NCBI GenBank assembly: GCA_043826455.1
Contig: JBDRQD010000057.1
Location: 1 to 64,000, forward strand
Origin: Candidatus Bathyarchaeota archaeon
Lineage (GTDB): Archaea; Thermoproteota; Bathyarchaeia; TCS64
Length of the DNA stretch: 64,000 bases
Direction of reading: 5' to 3'
Shown: one piece after another, positions 46,259 through 55,428 of the stretch
Layout of the letters: the number at the start of each line of letters is the position of its first letter
Numbering within the stretch: the stretch's first letter is position 1
Made by a program: the position numbers and the translations under genes
Notes under the pieces: generated by a model
Databases searched by the model: none
The model's input: the letters and a program-made list of their open reading frames with translations, nothing else
Told to the model about the DNA's origin: nothing

Positions 46259-47356
46259 TTAGCCGCCCCACACCTTCTTGAACAGCCTGACCCAGTTGCT
46301 GCCCAGGATGCCCTTTATCTCCTGGTCGCTGTAGCCGCGGGCCACTAGGCCCATGGTGAAGTTGGGCATGTGCTCCAGCCAACCGTAACCCCACGTCTTG
46401 TCCATGGGGGTGAAGTAGTCCACGTCGATCCTGTCAGGGTTCTTCCAGATGAAGGCAGCCCGGGTGATGCTGTTGGGGAACTCCAGGTCTGATCCGAAGC
46501 CCGTGTGGTCTACGCCAACTATGTCCACTGTCTCGTCCAACTGGTCCAGGGTGTCGTCGGTGATAGTGGATTTACCAGCCTTCTTGGCGAAGAAAGGCGT
46601 GACGCCTATCACGCCGCCCTTCTCGGCGCATGCCTGCATCATGTCGTCTGGCTTGCCCCTCTGCTTGCTGTACTCGACGAAGCTGCCCCAGAGGCTGGTA
46701 GATCGGGTGGCCCACTCGGCGTAGCCGCCCGGCTTCATGGGGGCGCTGCGCCTGGGGATTATGTGTGTGAAGCTGACGGGGTCCCTGCTCTGCTCTATGG
46801 CGTCCCAGCAGGTCTGGTCCCCGGTGTGGCTCAGATCGATGAGAACGCCTAGCTCGTTCATCCTCTGGACCACCTTCTCGCCGAAGGCTGTGAGGCCGGC
46901 GTCCTTCTTCTCACGGCACCCGGCGCCCACCTCGTTCTGCCAGTTGTAGGTGATCTGCATGGCTCTCAGCCCGTGCTGGTAGGCGACGTTCAGGAGGTCT
47001 ATGCTGCGCTCCAGGAACATGCTGTCCTGGGGCCCGTACATGATGCCGTGCTTGCCCTCCTTCTTGGCCCGCTCTATGTCCGCTGCCTTCCGGACCACGA
47101 TGACCCGGTCCTTATTCTTCTCGGCCCAGTGGTTGTGCTCGATGAGCTCCTTGAGGGCCTCGGTGAAGCTGCGCTGCATGCAGACGGTGAGGTTTGTGGC
47201 CGTCAGCCCGCCTCTGAGGACGTCGTCCAGCCACATGTTCTCGGCCACGTAGTCGATGACGGCGACTACGCTGCTGTCGATGACTATGCTCTCCTTGTGG
47301 AGGGCCAGGGCGTGGCTTCGCTCGTCCTTATTAAGGTCAGCATAACTTCTAGCCAT
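46259..47356 (-). CDS. M19 membrane (renal) dipeptidase family protein
   Basis: QITYN, GLTAFG...MNELGVLIDLSH, GGVIG, VGVDHTGFGSD, GILGSNWVR. Confidence 0.88.
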   Translation of the reverse strand: MARSYADLNKDERSHALALHKESIVIDSSVVAVIDYVAENMWLDDVLRGGLTATNLTVCMQRSFTEALKELIEHNHWAEKNKDRVIVVRKAADIERAKKEGKHGIMYGPQDSMFLERSIDLLNVAYQHGLRAMQITYNWQNEVGAGCREKKDAGLTAFGEKVVQRMNELGVLIDLSHTGDQTCWDAIEQSRDPVSFTHIIPRRSAPMKPGGYAEWATRSTSLWGSFVEYSKQRGKPDDMMQACAEKGGVIGVTPFFAKKAGKSTITDDTLDQLDETVDIVGVDHTGFGSDLEFPNSITRAAFIWKNPDRIDVDYFTPMDKTWGYGWLEHMPNFTMGLVARGYSDQEIKGILGSNWVRLFKKVWGG

Positions 47357-47546
47357 AACAATCCCTCATAGCAGAGGCAGATGAGTATAAAAAATGGTCA
47401 TCCAGTCATAGCGGGTAAATCCCTTCAATCGTTAGAGGTCGAGCGCTCTTTCCATTGAAAGAAAAAATCAGCATTATATGAACCCCCTATCTTTTTCACG
47501 TGCGCTCTTCCCCCAGGCTCTGAGGATCATTTATTCTTGTATTGAT

Positions 47547-47863
47547 GAAAATATTCTCCATTATATGATACCCCCCCCTTTTTTTGCACATCAATACCGT
47601 GCCTGATGCGCTGAAATGACCGTGTCTCTGTGTGGAATGGACGGCGTTTCTGCATAGAATGGGAACGTGAAGGCGTGTTTCCCGGGCTCCTTTCTGCGTG
47701 GGGAGGCCGTTTCCGGTTTATCTTGCTCTACCCCCTCCCCCCTCTGCCTGGGCTCGGTGGCAGGCGCAGGCGTTTACGTTGGGTGGCTTATCCTGGCCGG
47801 CACGGGATAAGGCGGAAAAAAATTCCATCTTCTTCTTCATGCTTTTCCTTCGGTGAAATGTCT
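47547..47863 (-). repeat. Dispersed ~320-nt non-coding element, copy B (inverted relative to copy A)
   Basis: Its reverse complement contains TCCGCCTTATCCCG, CAGGATAAGCCACC, GGGGGTAGAGCAAGATAAACCGGAAACGG, CTATGCAGAAACG, TTGATGTGCAA and GGGGGTATCA in the same order as copy A. Confidence 0.88.
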
Positions 47864-48013
47864 CACCAATTTTCGGCGATTAATCTTCACTGATATTCGA
47901 GTCCTGTTAGCTGAGGTGGGCTTTTTTATGGTTGAGGTCCCTTGAGGACACCCTCATCCTTTTTATCAAGTGCCCAGAATATAGAAGGATAACATCACAG
48001 GGCTGAGAACCAG

Positions 48014-48460
48014 TTGAACTTCGTAAAGACACCCAAACAGAGAGACTACACGGTGGAGCTCGAGGAAAAAGCCATCGAGTTCCACGGCCACGGAGGCCCA
48101 TTCATGATCATCGGCCTCAGGATGGGGCTGGCGGCCCTGGATAAGCTGGACTCCAGGGGCTGGTTCGGAATCCGGTGCAAGGCTTACCTGAGGTGGGCGC
48201 CCCCAGACTCCTGCGTCATAGACGGCGTCCAGAGCAGCACGGGCTGCACTATGGGGAAACACAACATAGAGGTGGAGGAGGCCGGGGGCATAGCCGTGGA
48301 GTTCAGCGTTGGCGAGAAAAGGGTCAGGGTCACCCTGAGAGAGGACACGCTATCCTTTGTGAGGGGCAGCTTCGACGCCGGGGATGAAGCCGTGGAGACC
48401 TGTATGGCGAGGCTGAGAGAGGTCGGGGTAGATGAACTATTCCACGTGGAGTGGGTGTAG
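48014..48460 (+). CDS. FmdE / FwdE family protein
   Basis: FHGHGGPFMIIG and SCVIDGVQSSTGCTMGK. Confidence 0.88.
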   Translation: MNFVKTPKQRDYTVELEEKAIEFHGHGGPFMIIGLRMGLAALDKLDSRGWFGIRCKAYLRWAPPDSCVIDGVQSSTGCTMGKHNIEVEEAGGIAVEFSVGEKRVRVTLREDTLSFVRGSFDAGDEAVETCMARLREVGVDELFHVEWV

Positions 48461-48462
48461 GG

Positions 48463-49644
48463 CTAGCCCTGCTCCCTGAGCCTCCTCTGATGCTCATCCT
48501 TGGCCTTCCTCAACAGCTCAGGCCGCGTTATAAGGTCGACGGCCGTGTAGGCCAGGCCCTTGGCCGCGTTGATCATGGCCTCATGGGCCTGGTGGGTGGC
48601 CGTCATGGTAGTCCCCTCCGGGCTGTGGAGCACCACGGGCCCGATGTTGATGTAAGCGCTGAGGGCCGGGATGACCTGGCTCACGTTACCGAAGTCGGTG
48701 CTTCCTCCGCTCTGCCTCACCTCCGTCTCCTCAGGGTAGTCCACGCCGGCCAAGCCCATGTTCTCCCTGAAGGCGTCCGTGAGCGTCTTACTCGGTATGG
48801 TGTTGGCGTAGGTGTTGGCCACCTGGGTGACCTTGCTCCTGGCCCCAGTGGCCAGCTCGGCCCCCTTCACAATGTTCTCCACCTTGGCGTAGTACTCCCT
48901 CATCATGGGCAGGGTCGGAGCCCTCACGTAGAGGTGGGCCGAGGCGTAGTCCGGCACCGTGTTGGGGCTGTCCCCGCCGTGCTTGATGATGCCGTGGATG
49001 CGCACGTCCCTGCTGATGTGCTGACGCAGCGCGTTGATGCCCTGGAACGTGAGCAGAACCCCCTCAAGGGCGTTGACCCCCTTCTCCGGGGCGGCCCCAG
49101 CGTGGCTACTCTTACCGTAGAACTCCACCATGAAGCTCTCCCTGGCGTTGCTGGTCCCGTAGCTGCCCCATAGGCTACTGGGATGGATCATGATAGCGGC
49201 GTCCGCCTTCCTGATCTCGTCCAGCATCACCACCTTGCCCCCTGCGTTTTGCACCACCCCCTCCTCCGCCGGCGCTCCGTAGATGACCACGTTCCCCGGC
49301 AGATCATCAGCGACGGCCGCTAACCCTACGGCGGCTCCCAGAGCCGAGGTGGCTATCAGGTTGTGGCCGCAGGCGTGCCCGATGCCCGGTAACGCGTCGT
49401 ACTCGGCCAAGACTCCCACTGTCGGCCCCTTCTTCTTCCTTCTGGAGGCGATGAAGGCGGTTTCCATGCCCGAGACCCCCAGCTTAACCTCATACCCGTG
49501 CCTCTTCAGCTCCTCCGCGAGCAGCTTGGAGGCCTTGTACTCCTTGTGGCCTAGCTCAGGCTCCTCATGGATCCTTCTGCTGACGCCTACAATCTCATCC
49601 CTGTGCTCGTCGATCCTGTGACCGACTTGACCCTTAAACTCCAT
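48463..49644 (-). CDS. M20D amidohydrolase (AbgB / PM20D2-like)
   Basis: IHEEPELG, AEYDALPGIGHACGHN, PAEEG, GSTDFGNVS. Confidence 0.92.
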   Translation of the reverse strand: MEFKGQVGHRIDEHRDEIVGVSRRIHEEPELGHKEYKASKLLAEELKRHGYEVKLGVSGMETAFIASRRKKKGPTVGVLAEYDALPGIGHACGHNLIATSALGAAVGLAAVADDLPGNVVIYGAPAEEGVVQNAGGKVVMLDEIRKADAAIMIHPSSLWGSYGTSNARESFMVEFYGKSSHAGAAPEKGVNALEGVLLTFQGINALRQHISRDVRIHGIIKHGGDSPNTVPDYASAHLYVRAPTLPMMREYYAKVENIVKGAELATGARSKVTQVANTYANTIPSKTLTDAFRENMGLAGVDYPEETEVRQSGGSTDFGNVSQVIPALSAYINIGPVVLHSPEGTTMTATHQAHEAMINAAKGLAYTAVDLITRPELLRKAKDEHQRRLREQG

Positions 49645-49705
49645 AAATGAACATGTTCAGAGTGAATAGAAAATTTTTCCGCTATTCTAGGCGGCGGAGT
49701 CGCGT

Positions 49706-49927
49706 TTATTTATCTTGCTGACGGTTCTGAAGGAGCGCCCTCAAGGCGTTTCTCTTATCTTCCAATATTTTACTGGGATCACGCGCTGCGGCCACGTCTT
49801 TACCCGGGCCTGTCTCGCCCTCTAAATCGTACACGTAGAGGTCCATCATCCTGACGCTGCTCTTGTCCATGTCTATGGCTATAGGTTCACTTGATCCCGT
49901 GACAAATGACTTGGTGTACTTTTTCAT
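49706..49927 (-). CDS. Small hypothetical protein
   Basis: 73 aa ORF with TTATAT about 25 nt upstream on the minus strand. Confidence 0.45.
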   Translation of the reverse strand: MKKYTKSFVTGSSEPIAIDMDKSSVRMMDLYVYDLEGETGPGKDVAAARDPSKILEDKRNALRALLQNRQQDK

Positions 49928-50128
49928 GAACCGATGAGACTGTGTTTTACTGATATAAGGGAAGCGGACACTGAAACTAGACTAGTAAAATAGAGTAGCT
50001 GCCTCAATGGTCGCCCGGATGTCAAGATACTAAAATGTGTATTTGAATATTAATAAAATTTTAAATGATCAATATTTGAGATGAAAAAATGATGAAACTA
50101 CCAATAGCCCTGTGCCCACACTGGCTGG

Positions 50129-50269
50129 CTAGATCATCTTCTGGAGTATGGAAACGAACCTGTCGTCGGTGCGTGGATCCTGGTCGTCCCGGGCTTTCAC
50201 GTCGACGCTCTTGACGATCCTGAGAACCCTGAACATCTCCTCAGCTGACGTGGAGGGTTCCAAGATCAA
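50129..50269 (-). CDS. Possible 46-aa small protein
   Basis: TTG start, MILEPSTSAEEMFRVLRIVKSVDVKARDDQDPRTDDRFVSILQKMI*, preceded by GAAGGA and a TTATATA box. Confidence 0.35.
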   Translation of the reverse strand: MILEPSTSAEEMFRVLRIVKSVDVKARDDQDPRTDDRFVSILQKMI

Positions 50270-50491
50270 TATTCCTTCTTTACGTTCCACGAAATCTCAA
50301 GCCAGGATTTTCGTATATAAGGGTCGTGTAGTCTCCGTCTCTACCCGGAATATAGAGCCGTGTCACTGTTTTCCTTGAATCTCAAGAGTTCAACGAGCAT
50401 GAAGACGCTCCCAGTCGCACATCATTGAAGTAGATAGATATAGATGCTGGTACAAAGAGACCCCTGTTAGAAGAAATGGAGGAAGATCATT

Positions 50492-50974
50492 CTGCCTGAT
50501 ATGCTCGTCTCGCTTCTCGATCTGCCGCCTTTGGATCCGTTGATAGGTGAGTTGAGAAGACACAAGATAGTGATACGCCGGGCTTACGCCTTCGAGATTA
50601 CTCAGGTACGGTCCTTTGTTAAAGAAAACTTCGGAGAGGGTTGGGCCGACGAGATCAGCGTGGGGTTTGCGAACAAGCCCCGCTCAGTCTACATCGCCAT
50701 TGACCAGTCCCAGGAAAAGGCTATAATCGTGGGGTTCGCTGCCTATGAGTGTACGTGCCGTAGCTTCTTTGGTCCAGAGGGAGTGGCTGAGACTCATCGG
50801 AGACGGGGCATCGGGAGGGCGCTGCTTATCGCTTGTCTGCACGGGCTCAGGGAGATGGGCTACGCGTATGGGATAATCGGAGGAGTAGGCCCACACATGT
50901 TCTATGAGAAAGCCTGTGGAGCCACCCTTATTGAGGGTAGCAGCCCAGGAATATATCGGGACATGTTGAGATAG
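50492..50974 (+). CDS. GNAT N-acetyltransferase
   Basis: VGFAAYE, FFGPEGV...RRRGIGRALL, GYAYGIIGG, FYEK. The start is either a CTG at 50492 (MPDMLV) or the ATG at 50501. Confidence 0.88.
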   Translation: MPDMLVSLLDLPPLDPLIGELRRHKIVIRRAYAFEITQVRSFVKENFGEGWADEISVGFANKPRSVYIAIDQSQEKAIIVGFAAYECTCRSFFGPEGVAETHRRRGIGRALLIACLHGLREMGYAYGIIGGVGPHMFYEKACGATLIEGSSPGIYRDMLR

Positions 50975-51114
50975 TCTTTAACATAGCGTGTGTGACCGAT
51001 TTACTTTTCACTTATTTTGTGTCTATCAACTCCCCTAACAGAAAACCATTTGAAAAAGTTTATCGTCTTGCGTAAGACAATGCGTTAGAAATTAAAAAAG
51101 GGGTTTTGTGGACT

Positions 51115-52782
51115 TTAGATGTCCATGTCTTCGTCCATGCCACCGGGCGGCCCACCCCCTGGGCCTCCGGCTCCTGGGCCGGCTCCAGACTTGGCGGCCA
51201 ACACGTCGTCGATCCTGAGGATCATGGACGCGACCTCGATGCCGCTCTTGATGGCCTGCTCCTTCACCACAGTGGGCTCCACTACGCCCTCGGTCATCAT
51301 GTCGATGACGCCCTCATCAAAGACGTTAACGCCCATGTAGGCGCCATCCTTCTTGGCGTGGGCGGTCTTCATGGCCACCATGGTGTCCAGGATGTCCAGG
51401 CCGGCGTTCTCCGCCAGGGTCCTGGGGATTATCTCCATGGCGTCGGCGAAGGCCTCTATGGCCAGCTGCTCGCGGCCTCCTATCTGGGACGCGTAACCGC
51501 GGACGGCCTTGGACATCTCCATCTCCACGCTGCCGCCTCCGGCCACCATCTTGGGCGACTCGGCCACGTCGCTGATGACGTAGAGGGCGTCGTTCAGGGC
51601 CCTCTCGGCTTCGTCGAGCATGCGCTCGAGGCCGGCCCTTACGAAGATGGCTACGGCCTGGGGGTCCTTGCACTCCTCGACGAAGATCATCTTGTCGTTT
51701 CCGACCTTCCTCTCCTCGACGAGCCCGCATAAGCCCAGGTCATCCTTATTCAGGTCGGCTAGGTTGTTAACCACCTTGCCACCCGTGGCCTTGGCCAGCT
51801 TGTCCATGTCGCTCTTCTTGACGCGCCTGGCAGCCATGACGCCCGCCTTGGCCATGTAGTGCTGAGCCATGTCGTCTATGCCCTTCTGGCAGAAGACCAC
51901 GTTGGCGCCCGTCGCCACGACCTGGTCCACCTTTCTTTTCAGCATCTCGCTTTCCTGATCCAGGAAGGCTTTGATGTTTCCGGGGCTGGTGATCCTGATC
52001 TCGGCGTCGAACTCGGTTTTCTTGACCTCCAGCTGGGTGTCAAGCAACGCGATCTTGGCCTTCTTGATCTTCTTGGGCATGCCGTCGTGGACGACTTCCT
52101 TGTCCACTATGATGCCCTTGACCAGTTCGGTGGCTTCCAGGCTCTGGCCCTCCTTCTTGACGATCTGGACGTTGTCCACGTCGGCGATGACGGTGCCGTC
52201 CCGCTTCTCCACGATCAGCCTGATGGCGTCGATGACGATCCGGCTCAAGTGCTCGCGCTCATTGGAGACGGCCTTGCTCCTCATGCTGGTGTTGCTCAGC
52301 TTCATGAGGGTCTCGTCGTCGTTCATGTCCACGGGGATGCTGACCTTGTTCAGGGTCTCCAGGGCCTTCTCCGAGGCCTTCTGGTAGCCGCTGATGATGA
52401 TGCTGGGGTGGATGTTGTCCTCCAGCAGCTCGCCTGCCTTTTTCAGGAGCTCAGCCGCCAGCATGACCGCGGTGGTGGTTCCATCGCCCACCTCCTTGTC
52501 CTGGGTCTTGGCCACCTCGATCATCATCTTGGCCGCGGGGTGCTGTACGTCTATCTCCTCCAGCACGGTGGCGCCGTCGCTGGTGATGGTGATGTCCCCC
52601 AAGCTATCGATGAGCATCTTGTCCATGCCCCTCGGCCCAAGGGTGGTCTTCAGCACCTCGGCTATGATCTGGGCCGCCATCATGTTGGATTTACGTGCGT
52701 CCCTGCCGCGGGTCCTCTCGGTGTCTTCTTTCAGCACTATCACGGGCTGTCCGCCCGCTGTCGTATAGTATGCCATTCTCAT
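51115..52782 (-). CDS. ths: Thermosome (group II chaperonin) subunit
   Basis: TTLGPRGMDKML, GDGTTT, ILRIDD and a Gly/Pro-rich tail. Confidence 0.98.
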   Translation of the reverse strand: MRMAYYTTAGGQPVIVLKEDTERTRGRDARKSNMMAAQIIAEVLKTTLGPRGMDKMLIDSLGDITITSDGATVLEEIDVQHPAAKMMIEVAKTQDKEVGDGTTTAVMLAAELLKKAGELLEDNIHPSIIISGYQKASEKALETLNKVSIPVDMNDDETLMKLSNTSMRSKAVSNEREHLSRIVIDAIRLIVEKRDGTVIADVDNVQIVKKEGQSLEATELVKGIIVDKEVVHDGMPKKIKKAKIALLDTQLEVKKTEFDAEIRITSPGNIKAFLDQESEMLKRKVDQVVATGANVVFCQKGIDDMAQHYMAKAGVMAARRVKKSDMDKLAKATGGKVVNNLADLNKDDLGLCGLVEERKVGNDKMIFVEECKDPQAVAIFVRAGLERMLDEAERALNDALYVISDVAESPKMVAGGGSVEMEMSKAVRGYASQIGGREQLAIEAFADAMEIIPRTLAENAGLDILDTMVAMKTAHAKKDGAYMGVNVFDEGVIDMMTEGVVEPTVVKEQAIKSGIEVASMILRIDDVLAAKSGAGPGAGGPGGGPPGGMDEDMDI

Positions 52783-52789
52783 TCTCCTC

Positions 52790-54442
52790 CTACATCATGG
52801 GGGGCATGCCGCCGGGCATCCCGCCAGGCATGCCGCCTCCTCCGGGTGGTCCGGCCGGGCCCCTCATCTTGGACACGGCTATGATGTCGTCGATCTTCAG
52901 CAGCATGGTGGCAGCCTCTGTGGCGCTCTTTATGGCCTGGGCCTTCACCACCATGGGCTCGTAGATGTTTAGCTTGGTCATGTCGTCCACCTTGTTCTCT
53001 AAGCCGTTGATGCCCGTCCACTTCTTACCTTTGGCGTGGGCGCTCTGCATCTCGCTGATGGCATCTATGGGGTCCATGCCGCTGTTCTCGGCCAGGGTGA
53101 TGGGTATCACCTCTAGGGCGTCAGCGAAGGCGACCACAGCTAGGCGCTCGCGTCCCACGAGCTTCTCGGCGTAGTTGCGTAGCAGCCTGGCCACCTCGAT
53201 CTCGGGGGCGCCTCCGCCCGCCACGATCTTGGGGGTCTCCACCACGTCCTTGACTACGCATAGGGCGTCGTGGATGCTGCGCTCGGCCTCATCGACGATG
53301 CGCTCGGTGCCTCCTCTTATGAGGATGCTGACGGCCTTGGGGTTCTTGCAGCCCTCTACGAAGATCATCTTGTCCTCGCTGACCTTCCTCTCCTCCACTA
53401 GGGCGGCGTAGCCGGCGTCCTCGACGCTCAGCTGCTCCACGGCGTTGGCGACCTTTGCGCCCGTGGCCTTGGCCAGGGCCTCCATGTCGCTCTTCTTGAG
53501 CCTCCTGGCGGCCAGGATGCCCTCGCGACTGAGGAAGTGCTGCACCATGTCGTCGATGCCCTTCTGGCAGAAGAGGACGTTGATCTTGGCTTCCTTCACT
53601 TTCTTGACCATGTCCCGGAGCATCTGCTCCTCCTGGTCCAGGTAGGCCTGCATCTGATCGGGGGTCTCGATGGCGATCTTGCTGTCGAACTCGGTCTTCT
53701 CTATCTCCATGGCGGCGTTGAGCAGCCCGATCCTGGCGTCCTTCACCAGCTTGGGCATGCCGTCGTGGACTACCTCCTTGTCGATGATGAGGCCCTTCAC
53801 GAGCCTGGTGTCGGTCATGGATGCGCCGGGCTTCTTCTCCACCTTGACCATGTCCAAGTCCACCTTGTAGCCGCCGTTGCTCTCCTCCGCGATCTGGAGT
53901 ATGGCGTCCACAGCGATGTCGCTCAGGTGGTCGCTGTGGCTGCTGACGAGCTTGCTGGCCATGGTGGTTATGCTGACCTTCTTGAGGATCTTCTTGTCCC
54001 GGGGGTCCACCTTCTCGGCGATCTGGTCCAGTATCTTAAGGGCCTGGTCCTCTGCCTGCCTGTAGCCGTCGATGATAACGATGGGGTGAACCTTCTTCTC
54101 CATGAGCTCAGAGGCTTTGCCCAGAAGCTCGCCGGTGAGGATGACCACGGTGGTGGTTCCGTCGCCGACCTCGTCGTCCTGGGTCTTGCTGACCTCCACC
54201 ATCATCTTGGCGGCGGGGTGCTGCACATCCATCTCCTTGAGCATGGTGGCGCCGTCGTTGGTGATGGTGACGTCGCCGAAGCTGTCCACCAGCATCTTGT
54301 CCATTCCCTTGGGGCCAAGGCTGGTCTTCACCGCTTCCGAGACGATCCTGGCGGCCATGATGTTGTTGCCGCGGGCGTCCCTTCCGGTGCTGCGCTCGGT
54401 GCCCTCCCTGAGGATTAGGACCGGCTGTCCTTGTGTACTCAT
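52790..54442 (-). CDS. ths: Thermosome (group II chaperonin) subunit, second paralog
   Basis: SLGPKGMDKML, TNDGAT, GDGTTT and a GGMPGGMP tail. Confidence 0.98.
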   Translation of the reverse strand: MSTQGQPVLILREGTERSTGRDARGNNIMAARIVSEAVKTSLGPKGMDKMLVDSFGDVTITNDGATMLKEMDVQHPAAKMMVEVSKTQDDEVGDGTTTVVILTGELLGKASELMEKKVHPIVIIDGYRQAEDQALKILDQIAEKVDPRDKKILKKVSITTMASKLVSSHSDHLSDIAVDAILQIAEESNGGYKVDLDMVKVEKKPGASMTDTRLVKGLIIDKEVVHDGMPKLVKDARIGLLNAAMEIEKTEFDSKIAIETPDQMQAYLDQEEQMLRDMVKKVKEAKINVLFCQKGIDDMVQHFLSREGILAARRLKKSDMEALAKATGAKVANAVEQLSVEDAGYAALVEERKVSEDKMIFVEGCKNPKAVSILIRGGTERIVDEAERSIHDALCVVKDVVETPKIVAGGGAPEIEVARLLRNYAEKLVGRERLAVVAFADALEVIPITLAENSGMDPIDAISEMQSAHAKGKKWTGINGLENKVDDMTKLNIYEPMVVKAQAIKSATEAATMLLKIDDIIAVSKMRGPAGPPGGGGMPGGMPGGMPPMM

Positions 54443-54549
54443 ATTTTTTTCTCCTTAACGTTTACTATAGGTGGCCCTGCGCTGGTGAATGCAGGAAAAT
54501 CGGCTGTATGGTCTGAAATTGTAAGCGCTAGCACAGTGTACCACCTTTA

Positions 54550-54590
54550 GTTGTAAACCATTGGTTGTATACCATCGGGGGTTTAAAAAA
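54550..54590 (-). promoter_or_regulatory. Thermosome promoter with tandem (G)GTTGTAWACC boxes
   Basis: GTTGTAAACC-ATT-GGTTGTATACC next to a minus-strand TTTTTTAAAC TATA-like box. Confidence 0.75.
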
Positions 54591-54606
54591 CGTTACGATC
54601 GTGACC

Positions 54607-55347
54607 CTAGATGAGCTCCACCAGGTACACGTTGTTGCCTATCCGCTTCACCAGGTCCTCCTTCTCCAGGTCGCCCACTATGTTGCGGATGGTCTCCTCC
54701 CTCAGCTGCAGTTGCCTGGAGAGGGTCTCGACGCTGGCCTGGCCTTTGTCCAGGATGTAGTGGAGGACCTGCCGTTTTCCGCGGTCCAGTTCGTCCATGG
54801 CTTGGCCGCTGGCGTTCATTGCCAGGTTTCTTATGTATAGGAGGCGGGCGCGGCGTTTCTCCATGCTCTCCAGTTCTTCGTCTATGTCCTGGATGACCTG
54901 GCTGAGGGGGTTGATCTTGTCGACGCCGCTCTCCTCCTCCGTGAGGTCCTGGACCTGGTTCTCCAGGTGCTCCATGTAGTTGTCGGCCAGAATCCACCTG
55001 TCGGGGTTGTTGAAGCTGATGAGGCGCTCGTTGTATAGGCTGGGGCTGAAGTCTATCTGAAGGCTGTAGAACTTGTTGAGGCTGAAGAGCTTCTGGTCTG
55101 CGCCTCTGTCGCTCTTCTGGCGCACCATGTCCACCAGGTCGGCGTTCCTGATGACCTTCAGGTGTTTGGCGGCCAGCTGCTGGTGGATGTTAAGCTCGTT
55201 GCTGAGCCTGAGGGCGTAGTCTGGGCCCTCGCTGAGCTTGCGGATTATCTGACGGCGTATGGGGTTGCCTAGGACCTCGACCACGGTCTCGAAGTCGCCG
55301 CGGGTAACCCGCCTCACGTTAAGTGTCGCCTCAGATTCCTCGCCCAT
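54607..55347 (-). CDS. ArsR-family heat-shock regulator-like protein (HSR1/Phr-like architecture)
   Basis: VLGNPIRRQIIRKLSEGPDY...ELNIHQQLAAKHLKVI winged helix, coiled coil and a second HTH. Adjacent to the thermosome genes. Confidence 0.82.
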   Translation of the reverse strand: MGEESEATLNVRRVTRGDFETVVEVLGNPIRRQIIRKLSEGPDYALRLSNELNIHQQLAAKHLKVIRNADLVDMVRQKSDRGADQKLFSLNKFYSLQIDFSPSLYNERLISFNNPDRWILADNYMEHLENQVQDLTEEESGVDKINPLSQVIQDIDEELESMEKRRARLLYIRNLAMNASGQAMDELDRGKRQVLHYILDKGQASVETLSRQLQLREETIRNIVGDLEKEDLVKRIGNNVYLVELI

Positions 55348-55364
55348 TTGTGGCTCAGCGTCCC

Positions 55365-55410
55365 GGTTGTAAACCTAGGGTTGTATACCTGAGGGTTGCT
55401 AATAAATTTA
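55365..55410 (-). promoter_or_regulatory. Regulator promoter with the same tandem boxes
   Basis: GGTTGTAAACC-TAG-GGTTGTATACC-TGA-GGGTTGC next to AATAAATTTA. Confidence 0.75.
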
Positions 55411-55428
55411 GTGAACGGGCGGCGTGGG

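Noticed and set aside
48014..48460. FmdE protein as evidence for methanogenesis
   Set aside because: It is a stand-alone FmdE-family gene with no fwd/fmd operon, and the family is widespread outside methanogens.
52790..52860. Short GC-rich tandem repeats
   Set aside because: They encode the ordinary GGM/PGG chaperonin C-terminal tail.
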